NCBI GenBank assembly: GCA_965178125.1
Contig: OZ237748.1
Span: 806,001 to 870,000, forward strand
DNA: 64,000 nt
Source: Bilabrum cf. latius
Taxonomy: Eukaryota
Reading direction: 5' to 3'
Part shown: one piece after another, positions 13,276-26,012 of the stretch
How positions within the stretch are numbered: position 1 is the first letter of the stretch
Layout of the letters: each line of letters opens with the position of its first letter
Notes under the pieces: model-generated
The model's database searches: none
Told to the model about the DNA's origin: nothing
Seen by the model: only the letters and a program-made list of their open reading frames with translations
Translations under genes and position numbers: made by a program

Positions 13276-15336
13276 GGGTCATGCACTACGAGCCGCTGCC
13301 CAAAATGGCAAGATGGCCGTCATGAGGGCTTGCCTGGATTCGGGAGCGGACATCGAATCTAAAGATGGAGTGAGATTGAGCATGACAAGCCGCGCTTTAT
13401 GGATGCATCATGAGCTTTTGGCAATGTGAAGACAAGTAGGTCCGTGACGCGGTAATCAAATAGCTTGCCAGTGATCATGAAGTATACCCCCACAATTGGA
13501 GCAAGGCCGAGTGAATCTCGCTGCATGCTTTGTTTCCCTAAGTCCATGCCGGTCGCTGTTCTCATATCAAGCTGATTGTGTGACGTTCATGCAAGTCATT
13601 GGAGGCGTCTGCCTCTACTAGTAGCCAGCCAACGTTCGTGAAACCGGCAGCTGCCAATCGAATCCACCAAAGCTCGATGCACGCCATCGATTCTTCGGCA
13701 AGCCAGAGTGGGGGGCAACTCGTGGAAGCTGATTTGATTCAGTTGCACTGCTGATTTGCGTACATGTCAGTGCATTGAACCTTTGTATGGCTTGCTTTCC
13801 GAGCCGGGCCACCAGTGGATCCTCGGACGCGGCCCGGTCTGGCATAGGAACGACCAAAGGGACTAGAAACTTGGATAAGTTGACAAGAATGACATACATG
13901 CTAGTCCATGAAGCTGGTCCTGCATGGTCCCCAGCATGGGATGCCTCTCTCTGCGTCTGTCGTTCTAACCCGCCACCAGGTTGGTCCTTTCACTTGGGAT
14001 CTTTCCTCCATGGCTACCTTCCAACGGTCATTTATTGCCCGGATGCGTCGCAGCTTGGTTGGACAGCTTCGTTTTGTGCCGCGCTGTGTGGCAGGACTGA
14101 CTGCCTGAAGCTGCTCATCGAAAGGGGCGCCAACGTGAACGCTGCCGACAGGGTAAGAAAAATAGATAGATAGGTGCCGTTTTCTTGTTCCCCCCAAGCC
14201 CTCAGCACCCGCCCAATACACGCACTCCAAAATCCATGCACGACCACCGCAAGCACACCTCGTACTACCCCAAGCCCCTGCTGCTCGTCCCCCGCCGCAG
14301 TCTGGCGACACACCCCTCCATGCGGCATGCATGAGTGGGCACAAGGACTGCCTGTAGATGCTGATCTAGAATGGTGGGGACGTAAATGCGGTAGCCAAGG
14401 TGAGAGGCATGTACCGAGTAATGTGTGCGTGTCTGATCGGCTTTGGATTGGTTACTCATGGGTCCGTTACCGGCTGAAGGGCCCCTTCGCGGTGCTTCCG
14501 CCGCGTTGATGGATTGAAGCTAAACCCTTGCGCATGCACCTCGCGTTCTAAATACGTTGTTGAACCATGGTTCTGACATAATGGCATGGTCTCCAGTGTG
14601 GAATTCTGCGAAAGGAGATACTGTATACACTCAGGTTCCCGAACACTTTGATCGATCGATTGATTGTTTGAAGTAATTATGCTGCTCCATGGCCTATCCA
14701 TACCCTTTGATTCATCCGCAGAATGGTTACACTCCCCTTCACTATGCAGCCTGCAAAGGCAAGACCGCTTGCGCCACTATCCTCATGGAGGCAGGGGCTC
14801 GCAGGGACATCAAGGACAACGTGAGCTTCCGTAGCTGTATTGCAACAGAACTTGATACACATCTGTCCGTGCTATTGCTAGCTACATTAAAGAACCCTCC
14901 TCCACAAGTCCATTCCCTTTGCATCCCACCACACCATGCGCCCCTCGCCTTTTGCCTCTGTTCCTCGCTTCTTTTGATCGAGCAGAGTGGTATGACACCC
15001 GCAGAGGAAGCCGACTATTAGATCGCTTCGTTCGGTTGCACAGAGGTTGCTGCCGCCATTCGGTCTTTCAAGCCAAGACTCATACTCAGAGCCGTTCGCT
15101 GGAGGAGGGCAGTGGAGGCCAAGAGGGACGCTGCGATGGTGTTTCGTGCCGCGAGCGAGGGCAGGCCCATGGAGCTGAAAAGGAGGCTGAGGCTAGGCAA
15201 GCTAGCTGGTGGGTTGGAGATGAAGGGGATGGCGACAATTGAAGATGGAAGCTCTAGGCTGGTGCTTCCACTGGAGGCAGCCAGGCTGGGTGGGCACGAC
15301 GATTGCGTGAAGCTGCTGCAGGATGCCTAGGGATGA
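13276..15336 (+). CDS. Ankyrin-repeat protein (tandem paralogue 1 of 3); start not resolved
   Basis: Exons of about one repeat each at ~13276-13369, 14054-14152, 14301-14399 (SGDTPLHAACMSGHKDCL*MLI*NGGDVNA) and 14722-14820. The final exon from ~14985 carries the shared domain and ends LLQDA*G-TGA (15334-15336). Confidence 0.8.
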
Positions 15337-15886
15337 GCTCTAGGCTGGTGCTTCCACTGGAGGGAGCCCCGAAGCGGCAGCAAGCCAGGCCTTGACACTA
15401 TCAAAGCACGATACCTTCACCGGCTCCTAGCTGTGGGAGGGGGAGAGGCTTACATGCGGGTGGTTTAGTACATATGCCCGTGGTGCATGCTTACGCATAG
15501 GGGCAACAGTAGGGGGCTACGCACCCGTTGGCAGGAAATATATGCAGGTTAAAAGCCATTTATATGCATGCACAATTGCCATGCCAACGACATGCTAAAG
15601 TCTGTAATTTGTAATTGAAAGGTGTTATTAGATCTACCCATTTTTTTAGGCCATCGGGTATCCTGCTTGGACAGCACCGGGGTAGTTTTTAAAAATAGTT
15701 TGCGATGTTAGTTGAACAACTTGAGTGATTTTGAGTACAACGTCTTAAGTCTGACAACGATGCATAGCCGGTTGCTATTGCACCCTGGCTGTCCGTGGCT
15801 CGTTGAGATCTCCTGGTCAATTATATACGCATGGGTCTGCCTGACTCGATGAATTTAGTCTTCAAATTTGCATTATAATGTTACAG

Positions 15887-18437
15887 GGGAGACGCACTTC
15901 GAGCAGCAGCCGAGCATGGCAAGGTTGACGACCTGAGGGCTTGCCTGGATTCGGGAACGTACATCGAATCCAAAGATAGAGTGAGACTGAGTACAACTAG
16001 TCGGGCTTTGTGAATCCATCTTGAGTCATTGCTATTGTACGGCTGTCACAGTGCTTGTCAGTGTTCGGATTACGATCCACCATCGGAGCAAGGAAGACGT
16101 GATGCACGCTATCAATTGTTCTGCGAGCCAGGGTGGGGGGCGATCAGTGGAAGTTGAATTGAATCGCACGCATTCCTGCTACACGTACACAATAGTGTAC
16201 AACACCTTTTGCAATGCTTACTCTCAGCGCCTGGTCATCAGCGGATCCTGAGCCCGCTGCCACCCGCAATAGTGCAAAACTGCTGCTCGGGCACAGGAGA
16301 GACCAACTGGACTAGGAACTTCAATGTAGCTACCCCTGCCTAGTGCCAAGCACGGGGTGATCTTCTCTCGGAGTCTGCTACCGATGGCTACCTGCAAACG
16401 GTTCTATCTTTCTTTGGTGAATCGCAGTACGGTAAAACAGCTGCATGGTGGGCTGCACGCAATGGCAAGACAGACTGTCTGGAACTGCTCATCACGAGGG
16501 GCGCCAACATAAATACTGCAAGCAACGTGAGAAAGATAGGCTGTCTGCCCGAGAGGGTGGGGTAGAATTTCATGCTAATTTGCGAGTGTGGTGTGACTCT
16601 TGAATGGTAGGAAAAGTCATCGGTTGTTCTATGACTCGATCACTAGGGGGGGGGGGGGGCGGTGACGGGGTGTACTCTGGCAGCTCGAGATTCATTCTGG
16701 CGTGCGGTGGCATTGCAGGCGATTGGTTCTGCAATTCATGTTATTTTGCAGCGTATAGATTGCTGGCGGCACCTCAGAAGGGGTTCTGTCTAGCATCGTG
16801 ATGAGTGCTTCGTAAATGTGCTCCTTAGTGGCGTGCAGGTAGTATTGAGGATATTCGATTAGGTAATGAAGGAAACCATGCTGTTTGTATAAGCAATGTG
16901 GCTGACTTGGACGACAGCCTCTGTGTGATGATTGTTCAGCTCGATCCGCACGGCACGGCCTGTAGCTCCGGTACTGGTCATTTAAGATATACTGTGGTAT
17001 CGATGCGATCAATATGGTTGTTTTGTCTTGCATGACCTACACAGCCATCAAGGCGAAAGCTGACCGTCCCATCAGAGGGCCCCTCGGCTATCTCGGCCCA
17101 CAGGCCTATGCAGAGGCCGGGACCGGTTCCTGTCTGGATGAAATCGCGCAATTGGACTAGTGGATCTGTTTGTATGGGTTTTTATGTTGCTGACTGTGTC
17201 GGGAATCCACCGTGGGAGGGCGCCCCTAGGGCCCAGAGCGACTCTCACCGGTCCGTTGCTACCCCCTCCCCCCCCCCCTACCCCACACACATCCACACAC
17301 CCCCAGCCCCTGCTTTATGCCCACATCCACAACCACACCCTATCGAAGCACATCCTTTGCTACTGTTACTCATTGTCTCCCATCCCCCCACCGCAGAATG
17401 GTGAAACACCTGCTCATTGGGCCGCCAGGAACGGGCAGAAGGACTGTCTGCGTATATTGATTGAAAATGGGGGAGACGTAAATGCGGTGGACAAGGTGAG
17501 ATAAATATGTATTTATTGAGTCAAGGGTTGATAATTGGTGTTTATATTGTCTGATCAGCTTGGGATGGCCCGCTCCCAGGTCTGAAACCGTGGGGGGGTC
17601 CCTTCGTGGTGCTCTCCTTGCATCGATGGATTGGGAAGCTGGACACTTGCGTGTGTATCTCGTGTTGTAGGTGTGGTAATTACGTAACCAAATTGCGTTG
17701 CACCATGATTCACGGCATTGAATCGTACTTATTTCGCTCGGTGGGCCTTGGGCCGCGCTGCTGCACGGATCTGACCTCTAGGAATTGTTTAGATATATCT
17801 AATATATTCACGGTGGCCCATGGTCTATGGCCTCCCAGTACCCTCCCATTCAACCGCAGTGGGGATGGACCCCCCTCCACATGGCAGCATACAATGGCCA
17901 CACTGCCTGCGCCACCATCCTCATGCAGTCAGGGGCCAGCAGGGACATCAAGAACAACGTGAGCATCTACACTTACATCGCAGCTTGTCTTGATTATCAA
18001 ATATCCATGATGCTGCCGAGTAAATTAAAGGTCCCCCCCCAACCAACGAATCCACCCGTGCATCACCGATACGGTAGGCCCTCGCTTCTTTGATCGAGCA
18101 GAGTGGCAAGACGCCCGCGGAGCATGCAGACGCGAAGGGCAACACCAAAACCGCTGCCGCGATCAGGAAATTACTTTCCGCTCAAGTCCGAGCGATTCAC
18201 TGGAGGAGGGCAGTAGAGGCCAAGAGGGATGCTGGGATGGTGTTCCGGGCAGCCAGCGAAGGCAGGCCCATGGAATTGGAAAGAAGGCTGAGGCTCGGCA
18301 AGCTGGCCGGCGGGCTATAGATCAAAGGAATAGCGACAGTTGAAGGTGGAAGCTCTAGGCTGGTGCTTCCACTGGAGGCAGCAAGGCTGGGTGGGCACGA
18401 CGATTGCGTGAAGCTGCTGCGGGAGGCCATGGAATGA
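15887..18437 (+). CDS. Ankyrin-repeat protein (tandem paralogue 2 of 3); start not resolved
   Basis: Exons at ~15887-15980, 16428-16526, 17397-17495, 17860-17958 and 18102-18437. In-frame TAG 18318-18320 in GKLAGGL*IKG. Ends EAME-TGA. Confidence 0.8.
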
Positions 18438-18744
18438 AGCACAGGCTGGGTGGGGACGATGATTGCGTGAAGCTGCTGCGGGAGGCCATGGAATGAAGCA
18501 CAGGCTGGGTGGGCACGATGATTGCGTGAAGCTGCTGCGGGAGGCCATGGAATGAAGCACAGGCTGGGTGGGCACGACGATTGCGTGAAGCTGCTGCGGG
18601 AGGCCATGGAATGAAGCACAGGCTGGGTGGGCACGGTGATTGCGTGAAGCTACTGCGGGAGGCCATGGAATGAAGCACAGGCTGGGTGGGCACGATGATT
18701 GCGTGAAGCTACTGCGGGAGGCCATGGAATGAAGCACAGGCTGG
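18384..18744. repeat. Six tandem copies of a 59-bp unit containing the last codons and stop of the ankyrin gene
   Basis: Unit AGGCTGGGTGGGCACGAYGATTGCGTGAAGCTGCTGCGGGAGGCCATGGAATGAAGCAC starting at 18384, 18443, 18502, 18561, 18620 and 18679. Confidence 0.95.
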
Positions 18745-19394
18745 TACTTCCGCCGCCGCCGCCCACCAGAGCGGGCCCCGTTGGCTGGAGGCAGCCCCAA
18801 AGCAGCAGCAAGCCATACCGTGTCACTATTATTGGTCGGGATTGTTTCAGATGTCAATCAAGATACCTTCACCGGCATTCAGACACGCGGCGATTGGGCC
18901 CGCCGGTGCTCGGCCTCTCACAGCCACAGCCGCTGCTTTTCCGCTCCATTATCACCACGCTGCCTACAGGTCCGGCTACCGCGAGATCCTGAAGATTGTC
19001 CTCTTTCGCACCGCATTTAGGCATAACTTACTTTGTTTCTATTGCACTAGATTGGAGTGGAGCGAGTGCCCTGAGGTCAACAGCGCTGCCACTTGGGCTT
19101 GGGCTTGGATCCTTGTTCCGGTTTCGTGCACTTGCAGCCGTGCCGACGGTCCACCATTCCCCATTGCATGACTTTTTGTGGTTGATTTGGTGACCTAATT
19201 GAAATGTGAGAGTAGCTGATTCATACCTAGCCAGGTTTTTCGTATCAGTAGATTTCGGCACTGGGTCTGCCTTTCAATTATTGCTACTGTGTTCTGATCG
19301 GCCGCAATGCTACAATAGTATACATTCGACTTGGTCATCGCGAGCTTTTCGCCTGCCATATCTTAGAATATTTGCTGAAAATCTCGTTTCATAG

Positions 19395-21743
19395 GGCATC
19401 TTCGCTGCTGCAAGCTGCTAAATTGGGCAAGGTGAACGACCTGAGGGCTAGCCTGGATGCCGGAACCGAAATCAAATCAAAGGATAGCGTGAGTTTTGGT
19501 ATGCCAACATTTGTATTAACGCAATGGCGTTTTAAAAAACCCGCTTGGACAATACATTAAAAAGGTTGGTAGGTCGGTCCTGACATCGACGGTGGGTGCT
19601 GATGCATGCATTGTGTCTTGAAGTAATATCCCGTCACCCACCACAGAATGATCGCACAGCGTTATGGTGGGCTGCATATAGCGGCAACGTCGATTGCCTG
19701 AAGCTACTCATCGAGGGGGGCGCCGACGTGAACGCTGCAGACAAAGTGAGAGACGAACAGGCTTCCTGACCGCAAGCCAGAGGCCAATGTCTTTACGCAA
19801 TATGAATTGATATGATATGCATATATGCAGCTATTATAAAATTACCATGATGTCATGCTTGGCTCATTGCTTGGTATTTCTTGGGACAACCCGGCGGCGC
19901 CTTGACGGACGAGCGAGCACGAGCATCCTATGCTGTGAGGCTTGAGCAAGTTAGCTGTGCATGCGCTTCATTTTGAGAACTATGCATTAAACTGATGAAT
20001 TAGATCTACAAGTGTGCTTATATTGTGCTTGTTTGAGCGGGTGATGGCGCTCCTCGCATCCGGATGTGATGAGTGATAACCCATTTTGCCGCGCATGCAG
20101 CCCGGGTGTGGTACTTGTTAATCTATTCTGGGTGGCTGAACAAGTGCTCCCCTTTCCGAGTCTGATTTGTTGTTAAGGCCAAATAATATTTCACAAAAGA
20201 ATGTGTTTGAGGAAGATGGCTCTGCGATGAGGGGACACGTTGCAGCGGCTGGTCCGTACATGTGCATAGAAATTGTTACGTTTGACATCATTTACTGATT
20301 ATTGGAGAAAGGCAGGCCATGCAGAGCGGATGTAGTTATTCGGCCGGTCAACTACTTCCGTTCAAGGTGGAAGAGCTCAAGACTGGCTAGTACACTTGAT
20401 TTATTGCATGCATTGTCTCCACCGCAGAATGGGCTCACTCCAGTGCACAAGGCCTCCTAGAGTGGCAATGCAGATGCCCTTGGCGTTATCATCAAGGCCG
20501 GTGGGGTCGTACATGCGATATCCAAGGTGAGGTTGGAGTAGGAGAGTGCGGTTGGACATTTACCTCTATGGGTCTTTGGGCGTGTGGGTTGGATGAGAAG
20601 AGTGCGTGCTCTATCTCCGCATTGGCTGGTTGCGACGTATCAAACTGCGATTCGAATGAGGCACATCATTATTTTGCATCATGATGTATGTTTGCCTCCC
20701 GACGTTGCTGCAGTATGGAGAAAACCCCCTTCATTGGGCAGCTGCAACCGGCAAGACCGCCTGTGCCACCGTCCTCATGGAGGCAGGGGCCCGCAGGGAC
20801 ATCAAGAACAAAGTAAGTGCTTTCAGGTATAAAAATCCCACCCATGCATACGTCATACAACACTTTATTATCCTAAATACCTCTCTATTCCCTGCCATGA
20901 TTTTGTCTTATCTATCAGGATGGCAAGACCGCTGCGTAGTTGGCAGACACGCAGCACAAAACCGAGACTGCTGCTGCGATTCGAGCTTTCAAGCTCAAAG
21001 TAAATCCCCGATTGCAGAGAGCTATGTAGTGGAGGAGGGCAATGGAGGCCAAACGGGATGCTGGGATGGTGTTCCAGGCAGCCAGCGAAGGCAGGCCCCT
21101 GGAGCTTGCCAAGCGACTGAGGCTGGGCAGGCTAGCGGGCGCAATGAATACCAAGGGAATGACACCTGCCATGCCTTTTCCTGTGCTACCGATAGAGGCT
21201 GCCACCATAAACGGGCACGATGAGTGCGTGCAGATACTCACAGAGCGCGGATCTCCAGTCCCCAGTGCGCCATTCTGGCAGTTCTGGCTGGGGCTAACCG
21301 TTTTCTCACATTCGCGAGACGGTCAAATACAGGAGCTCAATAAGTTTCTGTTCAGTCGAAATGTGCCAGGGATCGTGCTTTCCACCCGGCAAAGCTTGGA
21401 AACGGGCCAATATGTTCTTCCTATCGAGGCAGCTGCACTGATGGGACACCGTGAATGCGTCGCTGCTCTTCGCTACGCGGGCTCGCCAGACATCGGGCCT
21501 GGCTACAACCAGCTACTCGAGCAATTCAAGAGGTTGGATGCAGCCGGGTCCAAGGGAATGATTAGGGAAGGAGAGGGTCTGGGGGGAAGTTCTGCATACG
21601 GGGCAGCGACCAGGGCGCGGCCATGCATGGCGTGGTCGGAGCACGTCTAGCTGCCCGACGGGTGGGGTGAGGGGTCCATGGGCGGCCGTGTGATATACGT
21701 GCATCCCGCATCTGGGAGGATGCAGTTCGATCGGCCCACATGA
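19395..21743 (+). CDS. Ankyrin-repeat protein (tandem paralogue 3 of 3) with a partly duplicated C-terminal module and a terminal WW domain
   Basis: Ankyrin exons at ~19395-19488, 19647-19745, 20428-20526, 20714-20812 and final exon 20919-21743. TAG at 20458, 20937, 21027 and 21648. After the last TAG: LPDGWGEGSMGGRVIYVHPASGRMQFDRPT-TGA, a WW-domain pattern. Confidence 0.8.
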
Positions 21744-22060
21744 GGATGGTTCCATTAAAGAACAGCCTTAGCCATATCATATTTAGCCAACTCAATACAT
21801 CATTTATTTTTCTTCAACCACACTCATCCGCCCACCTTATGTGATAGGCTTTGTCGCAGCGTGCCATTCACGACTGCCAACCGAACGTTTTGAGACAATC
21901 TAGCGCTCCCACTCTGGCATCAAACCCGGCCCCCAACTGGCGTTAGGATCCTCAGATTGAGACTATCTGAGCTAGTACTTTGACATCCCTATCCTATGGA
22001 TTGGGTCAACATCGGACCCAATCTGCGGGGTCCAGTTTATCTACGGCGCTAGCCCTCGAG

Positions 22061-25000
22061 TTAATTCCTGGCTCTCACTGGGCGCACATTATGGGCTGCC
22101 GTGTCATCAACTCTCGCACGCTTGGATCCAAGCGGTATGGATGCCGCACCCACAGACTTAGGCATTCCCCTTGGACGGGACCTTTGGCCACTTCGATCTG
22201 ATATCAATGTCATGGACTGTTCGCTTGTCCTCGCTTTCGACAGATCACCTTTGCGCTATTGCGACCCCTTTTCACTCGACGCTGCAGCCGCCTAGGGCAG
22301 GGATCTTGAGGACACATACGATGGGAAATACGCAGATGACTTGTTTGGCATCTGAACCAGCCTTTGCGGCTACCTTGCTGCCAGCACGGTACCACTAGAC
22401 GCCCGCTGGATCACTCGTTCGCTCCTGCCCCATTCCCCCGCTGCCAGTGCCGCGAGCCTACCTTCGATTCTCTGCGCACTCGTCACACCTGACATAGCGT
22501 CGTCGTGCAGCTCGCTGTAGGGTCCACGTTCCGACGTGCTGCCTCCATCAGCATCGCCCCGGCCAGCCGTGGCAGCAGCGCTAGGCACGCTGGGGCTTGA
22601 ACCTTTTCCGTCGCTGGCGTGCGTAATAGCTCCTGTTGAGTGTTCGCGCCTACTGACGGCTCGCTGGGCAAATGGCACCGACGAAGAGCCTCCGGGAGAC
22701 AGGAGAGAACCACCACCCGCACTGGTGGCACTGCTCGCTGCTGCTGCAGGTGCTGATGCTTCCTTGCCTGTCTTCTCGTCTGGCTCCGGGGGGCCGTTGC
22801 GAGAGGATGGCCGGCTCATGTACAGATCTGCGGCGGCGCTGCCCATGGACGTGCCAGACTCTGCGGATCGGATGGACCGCATGGAAGCCATCCAGGCGTT
22901 GGTCGCGCGGCCTAGCATTTGCACCACTCCGTCAGCGCCAATTCCAGCCGTGAAACCCTAGTACGACCCATCGCCGCGCTCTTGTCCAAGCGCGCTAGTT
23001 GGAGCTGGTGCGGATTCCATCCATCCGGAATCAGGGCCAGCTTGGTTCCGATCGCCAGCGCGCGATGCCGCGTGAGACGATTTTGCCGCGGCATGCATCT
23101 CCATTCGTACGCTCGCATCCTCTGTCCGTAGGCCTTCACTGCTGCTGCTGCTATCGACAGTTTCAACACGGCTGCTACCATGCGGCTCCTCGACAATCGG
23201 TGCAACGATCATCGTGCCGTTGGTGTCGCGGCCTAGTTCACGAAGCGGCGGATTCATGGCCTTTGATGAGCTTGCGACGACGATGTCGTGCCGGGATTCG
23301 GAATCGGTTGCCTTGTCGGCGGCAGGGGGCTCGGCAAAGGACGTCTCCGTCTCCGGCTGCTCTGCTCCCATAGCTCCAGACTGGCTCTTAGCATTTGGCC
23401 CCCCTCCATCGTCAGAATCGATCGTAGCTTCTAGCGATGCCAGCCGGAGAGGTCCCTCACGGCCAGACCTCGGGGCAGATCGCACGCTGTCCATACTGGA
23501 TAGCCGAGGAATCCCGTCACCGTCTGTACCCAGGATCTCGGACTCGACCCCCGCTGGAAACTCATGGCCGGTGGCAGCATCGTGCTATCTCGCTTCTGAC
23601 CAATGATTATCGTGTGATGAGTGCCGTTCGTGTGACGAGTGCAGCAGGTCCACGGATTCGCCCGAGTAGGAGTTCATTCGGGCCAGGATGCCTTCGCCTG
23701 CGCCGCCAACGATACCAGCGACTTCATTCCGATGCGGGCCAGCATTCGCTTCTGCTTGCTCTCGGTCATCCCCCGCAGGTGTTCGTTTTCTGGCTGCCAA
23801 GCTGGACGGTCCTGCCCGTGCATTTGTGCTCGGTCCAGCTTGCGCCCCGAGTCCTGGCTGTCCCCAGTGTGACGTCCTCTTGTTGGCACTGCGAGTGCTG
23901 CCGTCACTTCCACCACTGGAGGGGAGGAGCTCCATGATACAGTCCTCGACTTCGTCTTCGTCTTCATCCACGTCGTCGTCCTCGTCATCAGATACGACTG
24001 GTAATAGCGGTAGGCCTTTCCAACCGAACACCGTGGCCGGCGAAGCAATTCCGTTGGCTTCAGTCTAGCGGGCATATGTTGGCCTGCGGCTTGGCCCCAC
24101 ACCGGGTCGGACCCTGGCACTGGCACTGGCACTTGCATCATAGCTAGGCTTGCCGCTGAAACTGACACTCCGCGAGCCAATGCTGACCTTAGTATTTCCC
24201 TCTCCAGCTGATACCGTTGATTGCGCGCCTTCGTGCTGGCTCCCCTCGCTAGTCTAATGCTGTTCAAGCCAAGCAATGGCGATGGAGAAATCTGGTTTGT
24301 CTTGGAGCAGGGGTTTTCCCACAGGAAAGGTTGCACTATCGTGAGATGCACCTGAAGCAGATGCCGAGGAAGAGGATGATGGTGTCCCAGCCGCACTAGC
24401 GTGCGATGCACCCGCACGCTCATCAACGTATCCGAGCATCTATCGAATCACTCCAGGCACCTCCGCCCCCGTCAAGAAACACGCAATCAGCACAGACGTG
24501 ACATCCGCGCTGAAGTTGAACACCCGCGCCCTGCCGGCATTGAGCAGCAGACGAGCGCAGTCCAGGCTCAGCGCAGCCATCAGCGGCTGCCTGTGTCTCA
24601 TCATGAGGGACAGGCCAACGACGTTATCTTCCACCCGATACGCGCCTGTCTTCTTGAAGCGGTCCCCTGCAGTGCAACTGACCCCAATGAACTTCTTGTC
24701 CTCGGTTTTCTAGCCCGCGGATGTTCCTGCAGTTCCGGCTTGCTGAACGAAATCGCTTGCTCTGGGCGCTCTCGCGTTCTTTTGCCTCTGTTTTACCAGA
24801 TGGGCTGCTGTTCCGACCTACTGTAAAGCAGACATATTTTCTGGTGCGCTTCTGCGGCTTACCAGGTCCCTATGCTTGTAGCCAACCGGCTTCCTTCTCT
24901 TTGCAACCTTGGGCCTCGACGGCTCGTCCGGAACCATTCCGAGAAGAATGTCGAAGCACTTCTTGGGTGTTTTCCCGGATGATCCAGTAGTAAGCAAAAT

Positions 25001-25262
25001 ACAAAGGGCGGCGTAAAGATACAGGTTGTCCTTCACCGCAATCGCTGAACGGGTGAGACTGTCGTCGCCGCCGCACAAATCGGCGATGGAACCGCTCCAC
25101 GAAGCGGGGGGATACATGTGAGCCACAGGACCAAATGCATGCGAAAAGAACGGTGTAAGCGGAACTGCTGGCTCGGGCAGCACAAGCTCGCTATCGCGAG
25201 TGTCCAGTTGTTTGCTCAGCAGCAGGAGTCGCTGGCGCAACACACGGAACCTTGCCTCTCTC
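22061..25262 (-). CDS. Hypothetical protein, tandem family copy A (terminal exon, 1067 codons including stop, 10 in-frame TAG); upstream exons unresolved
   Basis: One frame from acceptor CGCAG (25263) to TAA 22061-22063, interrupted only by TAG. Shares the conserved core (YPP..DLCGGD..NLYLYAALCIL; LMAALSLDCARLLLNAGRARVFNFSADV) and C-terminal blocks (VQMLGR.TNAWMASMRS.RSA; GSKRAR) with copies B and C. Confidence 0.8.
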
Positions 25263-25872
25263 CTGCGATTGTAAGGAATTGTTCATCATTCATTCGTAAA
25301 CATGTAAATTATGTACGGTTATGGCGCAATCGTAGCCCGGGGCATGTTTGACTCACGACTGGACAGGATCGACCAAAGCGGATGATATTGACGACTTGCT
25401 GAGCATACAACTGATGCGAGATCGCACCTGAATTACACAACTTTTTATATGATAACTGCTGGTCACTAGATAAGGCCCTCCAGATGGTTTCGGTTTGTGC
25501 TATTGGGCCAGTCTAGCTGATAGGCGAGATTTGGGTGATAGAATTTTGTGGCTCCGATTCATCTTCCAGCGGTCCAGACCTTATCGAGGCCTAGTCCGTG
25601 GTGCTGTTCGACATGGCTTTCCGTGGATAATTGACACACAAATATGGCTCCATTTAAATCCAGTGCCCACTCAGTTACGAGCTACGGTAGCAAGCAAAAT
25701 AATCAAACCCGTTGCATGTTGGGCCACCACTATGGTGTATAAATCCAGTGTGCAGTAAAGCTGTCATTCTACACAGCTGCAGCTCAGATGTGCGACTACC
25801 AACTACCATCCGATGGTTCTCGTTGAATTCTGCAGCACGGCCTCCGCACCATCCGGTCCCGGTCTCGGTCTC

Positions 25873-25966
25873 GATCTTTTCAGATCTTTTCAGCCGATCC
25901 TGATCTTTTCAGATCTTTTCAGCCGATCCTGATCTTTGCAGATCTTTTCAGCCGATCCTGATCTTT
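25873..25966. repeat. GATC-rich 29-bp tandem repeat (GATCTTTTCAGATCTTTTCAGCCGATCCT, about 3 copies)
   Basis: Read directly; lies between family copies A and B, just past the TAA of copy B. Confidence 0.85.
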
Positions 25967-26012
25967 CGGCCAAATACGATACTTGGATCCAGTCTTGATC
26001 GCGGATCTGACT

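Noticed and set aside
21790-22063. Read-through of TAA extending family copy A by about 90 codons to a TGA
   Set aside because: The extension is dense in TAA/TAG, has no evident similarity to the equivalent regions of copies B and C, and all three copies meet TAA at a similar position.
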